A DNA stretch of 61,723 nucleotides, counting the filler, from Choristocarpus tenellus KU-1152 (Eukaryota > Protista > Phaeophyceae): NCBI GenBank assembly GCA_964200185.2. It is 10 parts of 10 records of this genome, joined end to end, with 100 filler letters (N's around TTAATTAATTAA, not from the genome) between each part and the next. Parts side by side here need not be neighbours in the genome. Positions count along the whole stretch, not along the records: positions 45,580 to 51,221 come from CAXNAD020010156.1; positions 51,322 to 54,519 come from CAXNAD020021611.1; positions 54,620 to 58,239 come from CAXNAD020018911.1; positions 58,340 to 61,723 come from CAXNAD020020401.1; 6 more parts are not named here. One strand, 5' to 3'. The notes under the pieces were generated by a model. That model was not told the DNA's origin and ran no database searches. It saw nothing but the letters and a program-made list of their open reading frames with translations. The translations under genes were made by a program, and so were the position numbers. Position 1 is the first letter of the stretch; each line of letters starts with the position of its first letter. Shown piece after piece: positions 49,901 to 61,723 of the stretch.

Positions 49901-51940
49901 TTCATATATCTAGTATTGTTTGTCACTATATTATTAATACATAACCTGATTTCATATCCTAACCCTTGAAAACCGCAAATTATAATCCTACTAGCATTGC
50001 TATTGCAGTATTGTTGTTGATGTCGATATTGACAATGATATTATCTACTAGGTAGTGCATCAATATGAAAATGGTGCAGATCATTGACTTCAAGTTGTGT
50101 CACCCCTTGACTGTCCATAAGATGTAACTCTGGAACTTATGGGCGTAATAAATAATTATACAATGAGGGAGGGTTAGACTGGACTGGAAAGATAGACACT
50201 GGGCAGACAAAGTAGAAAAAATACTCACAGGGCGATTAGATGATCAAGGGAGGAAGGGCGCAGTGCTGACAAAGTCTAAGGTTACAGAACAGATGGATAT
50301 AGAAGGGACGGGTGGTTTTGATATTGTTTTGGCAACGACTAAATGCTTCCTGGACCTACAACCTGATGCTCCTCTGATGACCTGTAGGGATGGTGCGAGG
50401 TGAGAGATGATAACAAGGAACCAAACAATGTTCATACTAAGGAGAAAAGCAAGATAACTCAGGCTGAAACTAAAAGGGTACGGCCTATACACACTCTGGC
50501 AGGACCTTGGGAGCAATGAGAATGGCGACAATGGTGGCACCTGAATTAGTTGTGCAGATGGAGGGAAGGTAGAAGTAGGGAACCTTTATGGAGTACATTG
50601 GGGCTAACCAGAGGGACTTGGTAGTGCAGGTGTCAAGTGGTTTTTCAGAGAGTAACAGGGATTGGGTGAAGCTGGGGCAGGAGATAGGACCACGAACTAG
50701 ATAGACATTGATGCATGAAGGAGAACTTAAGCTCGGGCAGGATAGATATCTCGTAGTTCAAAGGCAAGTTATGGGAGGAGTGGATGAAGATGAAGTGTTC
50801 TGGATAATTGTGGGGTGTTCTTGGGTGTATGGAGAGTGTTGTGGAGGAATGTAGAATGCAAAGGATGGAGGTTGAGGGTTTTTGAGAGGATTGGTGTGGG
50901 GTGGACACGCGTAAATTGGCCCGATATTGGCGTGTGAGTGGATATTATATGTGGAAATTGGTATCGATGTATTGTTTTTTGAATCAGATATGATGGATGG
51001 CGAGTTTATGTTGAGTGAAGAGCTTACTTCAAAGGACTAAGAGTGACTGTGTTGTGAGGTAAATCAATTTAGGGTTGTTGATGTTATGTTATTTCTATGG
51101 TTGATATGTTAGTATTTTATTATTATGCCCTCTGTGTGAAACAGGTGGAAACAGCCGACAGGTTCTTCGTAATGAAGGGGAGAGCGGGAAGACCCACATG
51201 AGGACAGATCAAAGAGAGACANNNNNNNNNNNNNNNNNNNNNNNNNNNNNNNNNNNNNNNNNNNNTTAATTAATTAANNNNNNNNNNNNNNNNNNNNNNN
51301 NNNNNNNNNNNNNNNNNNNNNTCCAACGCGGCGTCAAAGGACGAGTTGAAGCAGAGGATGGGTCTACTCCAGGGTGTCGATTCAGGCCCTGACCAGGACA
51401 AGTGCACTTACATTATCCATGCGACATATGCAACCATATCAACCAAAAAAAGCGAAATGGAAAAATGGGCCCCGAATGGACAGCCATCACCCCCCCCCCT
51501 CAGATACTTTGAGCTATCATGTTCTACAACCTTTGATGAAAAACATGTGAGAGGATCAAAATCACACATCTCACTACACATATACTCTCACTCCATCAAA
51601 TAATTGAACCATAACTCAACATTATTTTACAAACATTGAACCCTGTACACCCACTTACTTTCTTAACGATGCAAAATAATATATGAGCTACTTTCCCTTG
51701 GCCTCTGTGTAGCACTCAACAAAAATCTATATCTGATCCAAAATCAGAACACCAATCCTTCAACGCTTCCACCCTACTTCATTGACTGTTTTTGTGTTGG
51801 TATCGAATTGTTTTACGCCTTTAGAGATAATGTACCCATTTCCATGCGGGTCGACCATCCCTAGTTTTGGTTTTCATTTAGGACAACAATCGAGAGTCTT
51901 AAGGCAATATATTCATTGTGGTACACGCTGAATTAAATAT

Positions 51941-52022
51941 GATTATTTGCCCGAGCGGTCTAAGGGGTGGCGTTCAGGTCGCTATGTGTTCGTACTCGTG
52001 GGCTTGGACCCCACAGCGATCA
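51941..52022 (+). tRNA. tRNA-Leu(CAG), probably a pseudogene
   Basis: GATTATT-TGCCCGAGCGGTCTAAGGGG-TGGCG-TTCAGGT-CGCTA-variable arm-GTGGG-CTTGGAC-CCCAC-AGCGATC-A, then a T-tract. D and anticodon arms are typical of Leu; T-loop and acceptor stem are mutated. Confidence 0.75.
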
Positions 52023-52031
52023 ATTTTATTT

Positions 52032-52683
52032 TGCTCACGAATTCTGGATTATTATTATTATTTGCTCATTCCTAATTTGCCATTCCTCTATTCTCTATTC
52101 TCCATTTGAAAGCCAACCATTGCGACTGCCCTTCGTCAATGATTGCCAGCCATCCCACTTTTGATGACCAACCAGTGCGAATGTCCTTCGTCACTGATTG
52201 CCAGCCATCCTTTCAACCCACACAAGTTACCACTCCCCTCAACCCCACAGCAGTTCTCGCACCACTCAACACCACTCTACAATCATCCAAGAACACCCCT
52301 TCATGATCCACTTCAAACCGTGCCTTTGAGCTAGAAGACATCTACCCCGCCGTAACTTGACCTCCCTCCCCCCCCCTTTTCCCAGCATTTCTGTCGTTCG
52401 TGAGCAAGCGACAGGGTGGGTGGGTGGGAGAAGCTTGCTCGGAGGTTGCCTTGGTCTCCCCTCCTCGTCTTGTACCCCTGGTTTTCTTTCCCTTTTTTCA
52501 CTGACTAGCTGCTGTCCTTCCCTTTATCTACCACTTATTTCCATTAACAATCTCGTCCCTTCCTTAACTATTCCTTCTCTTCCTGCTTCGTTCTTTTTCT
52601 TTCCCCCACCCACTCTTGTCCTGTGCCCCCAACCAAGCAGAATTCTTTCACCCACAAAACTCAGATTACTTCATAAATTCTCA
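52032..52683 (+). repeat. Unclassified ~650-bp dispersed repeat (SINE body or solo-LTR-like; TG...CA ends)
   Basis: Homologs at 36312-37006, 12516-13060 and ~50720-50840. Contains an internal ~56-bp duplication (~52113-52210). Confidence 0.8.
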
Positions 52684-54241
52684 CTTTGGGTCTTCAATAT
52701 AAGATACACTGGATGCTCATATTTTTCTCGATGAAAAAAACATCTAACACAAAATCAAGCTCGCCCAACGCACAATTTATTTTCAGCGTAATGTCATCAT
52801 CCTGGCCAAACCTCCATTGGTTCAGGAGATATTACCCGTATCGTCAACATAATGCTACCCCATAAAACCTACCCAAGTGTTGTCTCACTCCCTGGTGCTC
52901 CTCTTCCTTTGATTGGGTTCTTCGTGGTGGTTGACCAAGATTGCCAGGGCTGCACCTCCTGTCCGTGTAGTGGATGACACCTTCCGTCCACCTCCGGGGT
53001 TCTATTCCTTGTACTTTTTTTACTCCCCCAGATATTTGCTTCTTCTTGCTGCAGACCACATAGTCCAATGCCAACTTTTGCGTTTGCTTTCCTGTGTAGG
53101 CAACCGCTGCATTGACAACAATCAATGGCGGGGCTTTTGCAGGACCTTCAACAAAAATCACAAGGGATTATTTTGTTGCGGAATCTATTCAACTTAAAGA
53201 AATTTGCATGAGGAATTTGGTTCCAGGTGCCAGTCTTGTCATAAACGAGATCTGTAAGTTGTTGCTGTGTGAGTACAAGATTTCATTAGGTGTCCTACCT
53301 AGTTTTAAATTGTGTACCTTCTACGCGTTATGTCATTTTTTCCCCTTTTTATCGTGTTTCAAACCTGAAGACTACTTTAACACTATGTTACTTTTTCTGT
53401 TACTGTTCAGAGTATTTTTGTTTAACATAAATTGTATCCTCGTTTGTGGTGTTTTTTAATTTTTTGGTCCAACCACCCTAGTGATTGTTTTGAAATCCTA
53501 GATTACCATACATCATGGATTTCAGTGTTGTAAAAAGCACTTAAAAAGGGTGGGTGAGATTTTCGTCAGACGGGGGTTGAGACTGTGTATTTTCAACGGT
53601 GGACACATACACGCACGCACGCACACAAGCATAAGTGACTGACCATCAGCGTGAATGTTCCTCTCATCCTCCAGGTAATATTTTCTGTTGTAGGTGTTTC
53701 TGAGTGACTAATGATCGAGAAGGGTCCTCCATTTAATTCAAGTGGGTGATGTGCACAACAATGAACAATAAGGATAACACTATGGTACAGTTTGTTGTTA
53801 CTTCGACACACCTGCTCCAAGTTAAGTTGAGTGGGGTTTGTTGATGGCAATCAGCGAGCATATAGAGTTGCTTCCGTTCCTCTTGTACCTTCTTCGGGAG
53901 GTCAAAGGTGGGTCAATCCAGTCAAAACCCAGGAGACCATGATGAATTCACAACAGTTTTCCTCCTTATTGTGTTTAGATTCAACAGGAGATATTCCCGT
54001 GCGAATGTGAAATGGAGAACCCATAATATGCGGCACTGTACTGTGTTGAAACCTGCAGTAAAGCTGTAGGTATTGTGAATCTTTTGGGATTAGGGTGATT
54101 TTGCAAAGTTGGAGAGTGAGCTTCGTCATTATCTCTTTTGACAGAAGTAACCACAACAACCAGTTTGTTGTCGTATGTATGGAAATGAGGGGTTATCGGA
54201 GTGCAATAAATATATTCTCCCCCCCAAAAGCACTCAGGATG

Positions 54242-54307
54242 CTGGTGCAAGTCCACACAGGGACTGGTGCAAGTCCACACAGGGACTGGTGCAAGTCCAC
54301 ACAGGGA
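54242..54307. repeat. 22-bp tandem repeat x3
   Basis: ctggtgcaagtccacacaggga at 54242, 54264 and 54286. Confidence 0.95.
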
Positions 54308-54619
54308 TCATCTCATATTATGTCATACATATGATAGTTTATGTAGTATGAAAGATTGGACTTCCTTGTAGAAGCGAGCATACTTGTTATAGGCGAATAG
54401 CGCGAGCGTTTCTTCTTGTATTTCAACGAAGTGCAAGCATTTCTTACACGCGAATAGCGCGAGAATTTTATCCTCATGTTTAGGAAATACGAAATTTTGT
54501 AACAGACGTACAGTGTAAGNNNNNNNNNNNNNNNNNNNNNNNNNNNNNNNNNNNNNNNNNNNNTTAATTAATTAANNNNNNNNNNNNNNNNNNNNNNNNN
54601 NNNNNNNNNNNNNNNNNNN

Positions 54620-54930
54620 AGGTGGGGCACGGGATGGGATGTAGGGGTCTGGTGTGGAGGTATAAAGCCGAGGCACAGCCCAGATCCAGTGAGTGTGTGC
54701 AGGAGAAAGGGAGTACTGGCTGTTGTATCTCTGAAAAACAGATCGTACAGTGTTCCGGTGTAAGCTGACGTGGTTGTTGGGATGGGCGTGGGTTGGGGTC
54801 CCTAGTGGGGGAGGCTGGCCTTCGAAGCCCCATAATATCTCTTACCACCGCCTCTCCTGCCTCCTCGTACCTGTGTAGTAGTGGGTCCCTCTCCCTGCTA
54901 CCACTGTCGTGTGCCTCTACTGCCTCTCTG
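54620..54930 (-). CDS. RING-finger-like coding fragment (partial, cut by the contig end)
   Basis: CTICFSEIQQPVLPFSCTHSLDLGCASALYLHTRPLHPIPCPT has RING ligand spacing, with one ligand position occupied by Asp. No clear start; could belong to a retroelement ORF. Confidence 0.45.
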
Positions 54931-55563
54931 GCCCCACTTTTAAAAATAATTTCTTTTAAATTTAAAATCCTTTTAATTTAAAACAATTAAAAATTATTTA
55001 TAACAAGAATATTATTTTGAAGATATAATATTTAATAAATTGGAAATTGTATTTTTTTTTTAAATTATCACAGAAATATTTTATTAAGAATTGTAAATAA
55101 AATATTATGTGATTTTTTAATTTATTTTTATTGTTTTTAATCCCCTTGTGTGCTCATTTGACTTTCCGTCCGGGCTTCGCCATCCTGCTGAGACGAAACG
55201 TGTCTACCTATTCCCGAAGAGGAGTGGCATGCTCTGCTTATGTTCCTCCCTTGCCCGTGCTTATCTCATGGGTCGCCATTCCCATCCTTGATCACCACCA
55301 CCTCGTCCCCATGTGGGCCCATTCCGTTCTCTGTCCATCCTTATCCGTTCTGCGAGATCGAAACCTGTGTGCCTATTCCCGGAGCTGGGTTAAACCCTCC
55401 ACTTGTACTTGTTCCTTGCCACTGCCTGTCTCGTGTACCGTCATCACCTTCCTCCATCACCTCCACAACCCCATCCCCTCCTCCAAAATTACAGATATTG
55501 TGGAAAGGATGTATGTCTGTTGTTATACCGTTATTGCCGTATGCCATATACTGTTATAACAAT

Positions 55564-55904
55564 TGAGGTTGTGTTCTGAGAACTTCGGTTCGGCTGTGTG
55601 GAAGATATTCGGAGTGATAGATTTCCGTGTCTTCCCGCAACGTCTCTTTATGAGCACGGTTTTCTGAAGACGGGTCTCCTATCTCTGGAGGGTTTCTTTT
55701 CCGAAACCCATCCGAATCGTGATCCTCCCCAATTCCTCAGTTCCCCACTTTTTCCTCCAAGTCTTTTCAGTCTTGCACTTGTGTAACCATAACCTCGTCT
55801 TCTCGGTTACAGTTCGTCTTTGTTCGTCTGGTCCGTCTTGTCTGGTGATTCTCTTCGCCACCCTTAGCTAAGTGAACCACGCCGCCACAGAATCACGCGA
55901 TTCA
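55564..55904 (+). mobile_element. Solo LTR (341 bp)
   Basis: TGA...TCA termini flanked by a perfect CAAT/CAAT duplication (55560-55563, 55905-55908). A second copy of the 3' end is at 24735-24813. Confidence 0.75.
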
Positions 55905-56464
55905 CAATGTCACATAAATGCCAATGCAATATCAATATAGTATAATTAGTGTCAAACAAATATGTTTGGGAATTTGATTTTGTGTGATCATATGAGTTGT
56001 ATGTTACTGTAGGAACCCTTTTTTGACACTTTGTGGAAATATCACTCAAAACATTTTGAAGAGCGTAATTTTGAGGAGACAAAACGTTGAATAATTGGTG
56101 GAAACTACAGAAGAATAAAGAAAGTCTTCGGAATGAGGATGGCCTTCTCCTCCATATTGATTATATTTTCTTCCAAAATGATTGTACTTTCCTTTATTGT
56201 CACTTCTTTGACAACATTGGCGACATGTGATCAAACATCAATACATTTTACCACCACAATTTCGAATCAGAACAACAACGTAGAAATGGGAATCACATAG
56301 GTAAGATTTCTATCACACTTACACTCACTATACGTTGTGAGTGGTCGTTCCTCCCTCAACAACCACCAGACCAATATGTCCAGTGCTTTGCTTCCAACTT
56401 GCTCTTCATGAATCCTTCCAAAGACTGAGTCTACATTCTTCCCATGTCCTGAACATTAACCGGT

Positions 56465-57583
56465 ATGCCCAACCATACTACAGATAACATGAATCTTCAC
56501 CACCGGAAGCGGCCTATGAGAGAAGGAAACCTGACTAGGGTGTCGACCTTGAATCTGGCACATAATCTGGATGTCTTACGATATTTGATTCCCTTTACTT
56601 CACCCTGTGACCACCTCTTCGTTGCCGGAGTGTGTCGACACTGGAGAGAGACCTGGGCTGCTACCAATCGTCCCCCAAAAACCTGCATTGATGCAGCCAT
56701 ACAGTCTGAGTCTCGACTTGCTTGGGCGAAGGATTGCGAGGTTCCCTGGAACGAATTAACTTGTGCAATAGCTGCAGGGGGGGGATACTTGGAGGCCCTG
56801 GTCTATGCGAGGAGATATGATTGTCCGTGGGATACTCGTACCTGCGCCAATGCCGCGAAGGGAGGACACTTGGACATTCTCATATGGGCCAGGGCAAATC
56901 ATTGCCCTTGGGATGCAAGCACCTGCTATATCGCTGCGAAAAGAGGTCGTCTTGACATTTTGATGTGGGCCAGGTCTAATGGATGCCCGTGGGATGTTCG
57001 GACTTGCTCCCGTGCTGCACTAGAGGGACACCTCAATATCCTGATGTGGGTCAGGGCCTACGGTTGCCCTTGGGACGGCACCACTTGTTCTCGTGCTGCC
57101 TTTGGTGGACACCTGAACATATTGTCGTGGGCCAGAGCGAATGGCTGCGCTTGGGGCGGGGGAGCTTGGGACAAGGGGACCTGTGCAAGTGCTGCCGAAG
57201 GGGGACATCTGGATGTGTTAATGTGGGCTCGAGCTAACGGCTGCCCATGGGATGCGAGGACCTGTTCAAGTGCAGCTTTGAGAGGGGATCTAGACATTTT
57301 GAAATGGGCAAGGGCCAATGGTTGCCTGTGGGATGCCAAGACCTGTCAACGAGCGGCGAGAGGTGGACATCTGGAAGTCCTAATGTCGGCCAGAGCCAAC
57401 GGTTGTCCCTGGGATGAGTTTACCTGCTCGGCTGCTGCGGAAGGGGGTCATCTCGACACTTTGAAGTGGGCCAGGGCCAACGGCTGCTCATGGAGTATTG
57501 GAACGTGTTCTCCCGTGGTGGCACGTCAGCATCCGAATGTCTTTGCATGGGCCAAGGTCAACGGCTGTCGAACATTTTTCTAG
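56465..57583 (+). CDS. Intronless F-box-like plus ankyrin-repeat protein (27-aa CPWD-type repeats), 372 aa
   Basis: Uninterrupted ORF. N-terminal LDVLRYLIPF...LFVAGVCRHWR, then ten repeats of CPWDxxTCxxAAxxGHLxxLxWARxNG. Confidence 0.9.
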   Translation: MPNHTTDNMNLHHRKRPMREGNLTRVSTLNLAHNLDVLRYLIPFTSPCDHLFVAGVCRHWRETWAATNRPPKTCIDAAIQSESRLAWAKDCEVPWNELTCAIAAGGGYLEALVYARRYDCPWDTRTCANAAKGGHLDILIWARANHCPWDASTCYIAAKRGRLDILMWARSNGCPWDVRTCSRAALEGHLNILMWVRAYGCPWDGTTCSRAAFGGHLNILSWARANGCAWGGGAWDKGTCASAAEGGHLDVLMWARANGCPWDARTCSSAALRGDLDILKWARANGCLWDAKTCQRAARGGHLEVLMSARANGCPWDEFTCSAAAEGGHLDTLKWARANGCSWSIGTCSPVVARQHPNVFAWAKVNGCRTFF

Positions 57584-60099
57584 GTTGGTGTATCATTTTT
57601 CCTTCAGCTCTTTCTGCCTAGTATGTCATCGAGCATTTTGAATGGATGTGATTGTTTTGTGGTGGATGGTCCAAAGCACAAAGAACTAGCTTTGCTTTTG
57701 TCATCCCCTTGTATTCATATGCGCATTTGCAACCTCGACCAGTGGATTTGTCTACAGCATCGTATCAAGCAAGGTGATGTATGAAATGTTTGTGAGCGTT
57801 TTGTTGTTGATTCCTTCTTGTGGTGTGTGTAGCTCTCGAAGAATTTCCATTTTGACTCTTTTTTAGTATCTCACATGTTCCTCTCTTTCCTTTGACTCCT
57901 CAGTCAATAGGTCTGCTTTGACATAATCTGCTTGGAGCTTGTCCTCCGCCCCCCTCTCTACATCCATGATATGGAGTATTATTGCAACTTGTATGTGGAG
58001 TGTACTGCTGAAGAATTAAGTGAGCTATTGGCACAAGCCTCTTTTGACTCAAAGTATCTGGGGAGGGATGGCGGCTATCCATTCCGGGCCCATGTTTCCA
58101 TAGTCGCGATGTTTTGGTGATTTGGTTGCATGCGTCGGATGTATAATGTTAAGTGCTCGTTTCCTGGTCAGGGCCCAAATGGACGCCCTGGTGTAGACCC
58201 CCCCCGCCCCCCCCCCCCCCCCCCCTCCTTCCTTTTTTTNNNNNNNNNNNNNNNNNNNNNNNNNNNNNNNNNNNNNNNNNNNNTTAATTAATTAANNNNN
58301 NNNNNNNNNNNNNNNNNNNNNNNNNNNNNNNNNNNNNNNATGTAAGTCACTACATGCTGCCAACGTTTGCTATCCTATGTTTCATGCAGGGACTACCTGT
58401 TCCATGCTTTCCACAGGCAATAATCATTATCTGGATAATAAATATCCATCACCTTAGATCATGCTGCGGTGGCATGCATAATTGCTATTTGGTAACATAG
58501 GGCCTTCAGTTCCGACTCTGCCAGTTTTCTCCGATATAGGGACTCCAGTTCCAAATTAACCCATGGATTCCAACAATGATCAACAGTCCCCTCGTTTCCT
58601 TTGATAACAGATCCTCAAAAGTCGTAAGGCACAGTCAAGATCAATATTTGTCGGCCTAGATATGAGTATATTATTTTTGTATATATATATATATAACTCC
58701 AACTAGCCTCAAAACAGGTCAGCAAATATCCTTGTTTAACGTGGGAAAACTTTCCAAAGGGTCACAGAATACCATTAGAGTCAGATTGCCCCTGGCCTAG
58801 TCTGAATATACATTTGTTCTTTCTGAAGCATACCTTCAAAAGTTACAAAGTATATAGCTATGATTAGGCATACAATTCATCTGTCTTCTGTTCCAATCTT
58901 CCCGGTTATACAAATGCAAGTGCTATCAAGGATTAGACTTACATTATTCATGACCTACACAGCATTTGATCATTGCCTGTCCTATGCTCCCCATGCACAA
59001 AGCATACTCAAGGCTGCTAGTGCGCAAAACAGGTCATGTAAAAAATAAAATAAATAAAGAAGGGTCAATGAGAGCAACAAACAATACTAATAATAAATAA
59101 AGAGAAGAAATAAAGATAAAATGAGCAATATGTAGAAAAGAAATAATAAAAAAATGTTTGGATGATGAGGGTAACAAAGTGGAAACTTAATAGTAAATAA
59201 AATAAAATAAAAGCACAAAAACTAAAAGGGAAGAAAAAAGGAAAAGAAAATAAAAAGTCAGCAAATAAGGAGGGCAACAACAATGAAAAGAAAATGACAT
59301 TTAAAAATCAGGGGATGATGGGATGAGAACTAAAAATAAATAACATTAGAAAAACAGAAGGATTCAAGATCACAGAGAGTTGTTACACAAAATAGAAAAG
59401 AGGAAAATTAAATTAAATTAAATGAAAAAGTAGTGAGTTCAGTGTTTATATTTTCCAAGGACTTCAGCCTATACAACCAATATGTAATACTGTGTGCTCT
59501 AATGTGGGCAGCTTCATTTTTACTTCTGCTGTCTCACATTCCTTTCAGTTACTTATGATTTCGACTGCTTTAATCTCTTGTTCTAGCATGTACCAGTTGA
59601 ACCTCACCTTGTCCCTCAGGCATACAGTTGTTACCTGCTGGAAGGTTTTCTGGAGGAGGCACTCATGTCTCTCCTGCCGAATTCCTCCTTACCTCCATTC
59701 TTTATCCATACCCTCCAGTGAGTTGACTCGAACTCCAAAACTGGACCCTGTCCTACATGTCTCTTCAGCTTTCATCCTTCCACCATGTTTGACACTAGTA
59801 CTAGTACTTATAGGGAAGAGACGTAACATATCCTATTGAGGCAAGAGTTCTTGGGTGGGAACATTAGTTGGACATGATCTTGTGTTAGGGTTGTGAAGGT
59901 CCTAGAAGGCATGATAAACATCCAACTGTAGTAAGTTAAAGCTGTCCATTTCTTCTGTTTAGTTACCTAGTCTAACAACTATCCATCTTAGAACTTTCCT
60001 TTGTACCACAATGCCGTTTGCTGAGGTCTGACAAGGGTACATTGTTACTACTCGATCTAGGTGTTGGAATGTTGACAAAAGGTGCCCATGGTGGCAGTG

Positions 60100-61300
60100 G
60101 TGATGGTTGGGAGCATTGAACTTCTCTAAGTAAAAGTTCCCTCTAGTATTGTCTACAAAATGTTGCTCCTAAGAATAACTTTGTACGGCAGCCCCACCAT
60201 TATCCTAAAAGTCATACTGAGCACTTTTTCCTTTGGGGAAAACAATATTGGAAGTTTGCATGACCACAGTACCAGCATTGGTAGAATATTGCACCCTCTG
60301 AGGTTTGCTGCATTTAAGGTACCTTTGCCTGCCATGTCGAGCTGTGGTAAGCAATTATCACCAAAATAGATGAGACCTGCACCTGTGTCAAGTAGTACCT
60401 GGGCAAGCATTCTCGAGTGGACTCTGTGTAGGTGACATGGCAGGGTATATGTCGATACTTGACTAGTACAATGGTCAGTGTCATGGCGAATATTATCGAG
60501 GTGGAAATGAAAGTCTTGTCTATAGTTGGAATGACATGGATCGCTGGGGCTTCAGACTCCATGGCGCAACTTCAAGACGACTCTGCAACGTCCGAAACGG
60601 TTGGGCTTCTCACGGATAGTGGAGAAAGTTTCGAGTGTTGCATCGCTGCTAGGTATCGGAGATTTGTTTCTATTAAGGCTACCATCGTACGAGACACTCG
60701 AGTATAGATTGAGTACCAGGAGGTCCTCGGTGGGTTCCCGAAAGGTGTGAGTGGCATCTCGTATACCTGCACTCGTCAGTTATAGACGTGAAGCAGTCTT
60801 GACTAGAGGCATGATGAAAGCAAACTTGGTGCGCATTTAGCCATATGTCGACTTCGTCTTGTGGAGGTAGAAGATGAAGGTAAGCCTTTGCCCAAATCGT
60901 GCCGACTTCTATCGTTTGTCTTGTCTGTGGCTAAAGCAGGTGGGGATCAAAGCACAGGCTGGGGAACGGATGCGACTGATCGAACGGGTTTTGGTGCCTT
61001 GCTTTTTGTCGGGGGACTGAACGAGGTACTGTGTTTGCTGGGAACGGAAGAAGATTCGGAATTTAAGGCTGCATAGACAGCGGGCGAGGGTTTCTGGGTT
61101 AAAACAGGTTGAAGCATCGGTGCAAGGGCTGCCAGTACACGGTTGACAACTTCTCTGTATAAAAGTGAAGTTTTGCTTGATACCTATTCGTGCATGGAAG
61201 TCCTGTTGTGGTGATAAAGTCCTTGTTTTTTCCTGAGGATCAGGGTTTCGACTGAGGCAGCGCAAGGGTGTGACATGCTAGCAAACAAGCGCCTCTACCA
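60100..61300 (-). mobile_element. Ty3/Gypsy-like gag-protease remnant
   Basis: ORF 60153-60410 has the retropepsin motif VLLDTGA and a C-terminal GLPYKVIL. Upstream coding-like sequence is disrupted; limits approximate. Confidence 0.6.
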
Positions 61301-61723
61301 CCTAGCCAAGACGATGTAAGTCTCCACTTTGTACAATGTAGGTTTACGTTTTGCAGTATTTTTGATTGGCTGGGGATAAATCGGTCACTTCGATTGGATA
61401 ACTCTTTTGTGAGATCAATAATCCGTTATGGTTTAATTCGACGGTTTACTATCTCGTTCCCCAAAGGATTACTCTGCGAAAATCCTAGTGGGTGAATTTG
61501 GCTTCTAATCTGTAGAGAAAAAATACATCATGTATTAGAGATGAGAGATAAATTTGGTATGGGCAGGAGTTGGGCTTGTTTGTTGTACAAATCAACGAGT
61601 TGATCGTCACCTACATATCCCCCCGAAACGAGCCTTGCATATATGAGCCAGATATATGTTTCCGTATATTTCAGTTGGGCTCTGCACAACGTTTATGTAT
61701 GGTAGTTCATGTATGGTAGGGAC

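Noticed and set aside
52844-53460. Short ORFs as a gene
   Set aside because: Non-ATG starts, no motif and no splice support.
8985-58339. Recurring TTAATTAATTAA between N runs as a biological repeat, and gene clustering across the window
   Set aside because: Artificial six-frame-stop linker; the contigs are not known to be adjacent.

Overview
Eukaryotic nuclear DNA, most likely from a photosynthetic stramenopile (brown alga or close relative). This is inferred from GT-AG introns, ASAF-type bipartite plastid-targeting leaders and TTAGGG telomeric motifs. The window is not one locus: it is ten contigs joined by an artificial N44-TTAATTAATTAA-N44 linker (8985-9084, 15891-15990, 19311-19410, 24635-24734, 40537-40636, 45480-45579, 51222-51321, 54520-54619, 58240-58339), so nothing can be inferred from adjacency across linkers. 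Genes rebuilt by hand from splice sites: a complete NELF-A homolog, a complete ~813-aa GT17-like/GT31 glycosyltransferase fusion, an intronless F-box-like plus 27-aa ankyrin-repeat protein, and partial genes for a DegT/DnrJ/EryC1/StrS aminotransferase with a plastid-type leader, a NAD(P)-binding Rossmann protein, a probable COG7 and a MORN protein with one repeat per 69-nt exon. The rest is transposon-rich: a TIR-to-TIR DD40D plant-type mariner, Stowaway-like long-TIR elements, three GAG-ended MITE families, Copia, Gypsy, Ngaro/DIRS and RTE-LINE remnants, a solo LTR, two tRNA-like sequences, an unclassified ~650-bp structured repeat, minisatellites and many short interstitial TTAGGG tracts. 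All family assignments come from motif recognition and recalled consensus sequences, not from database searches.
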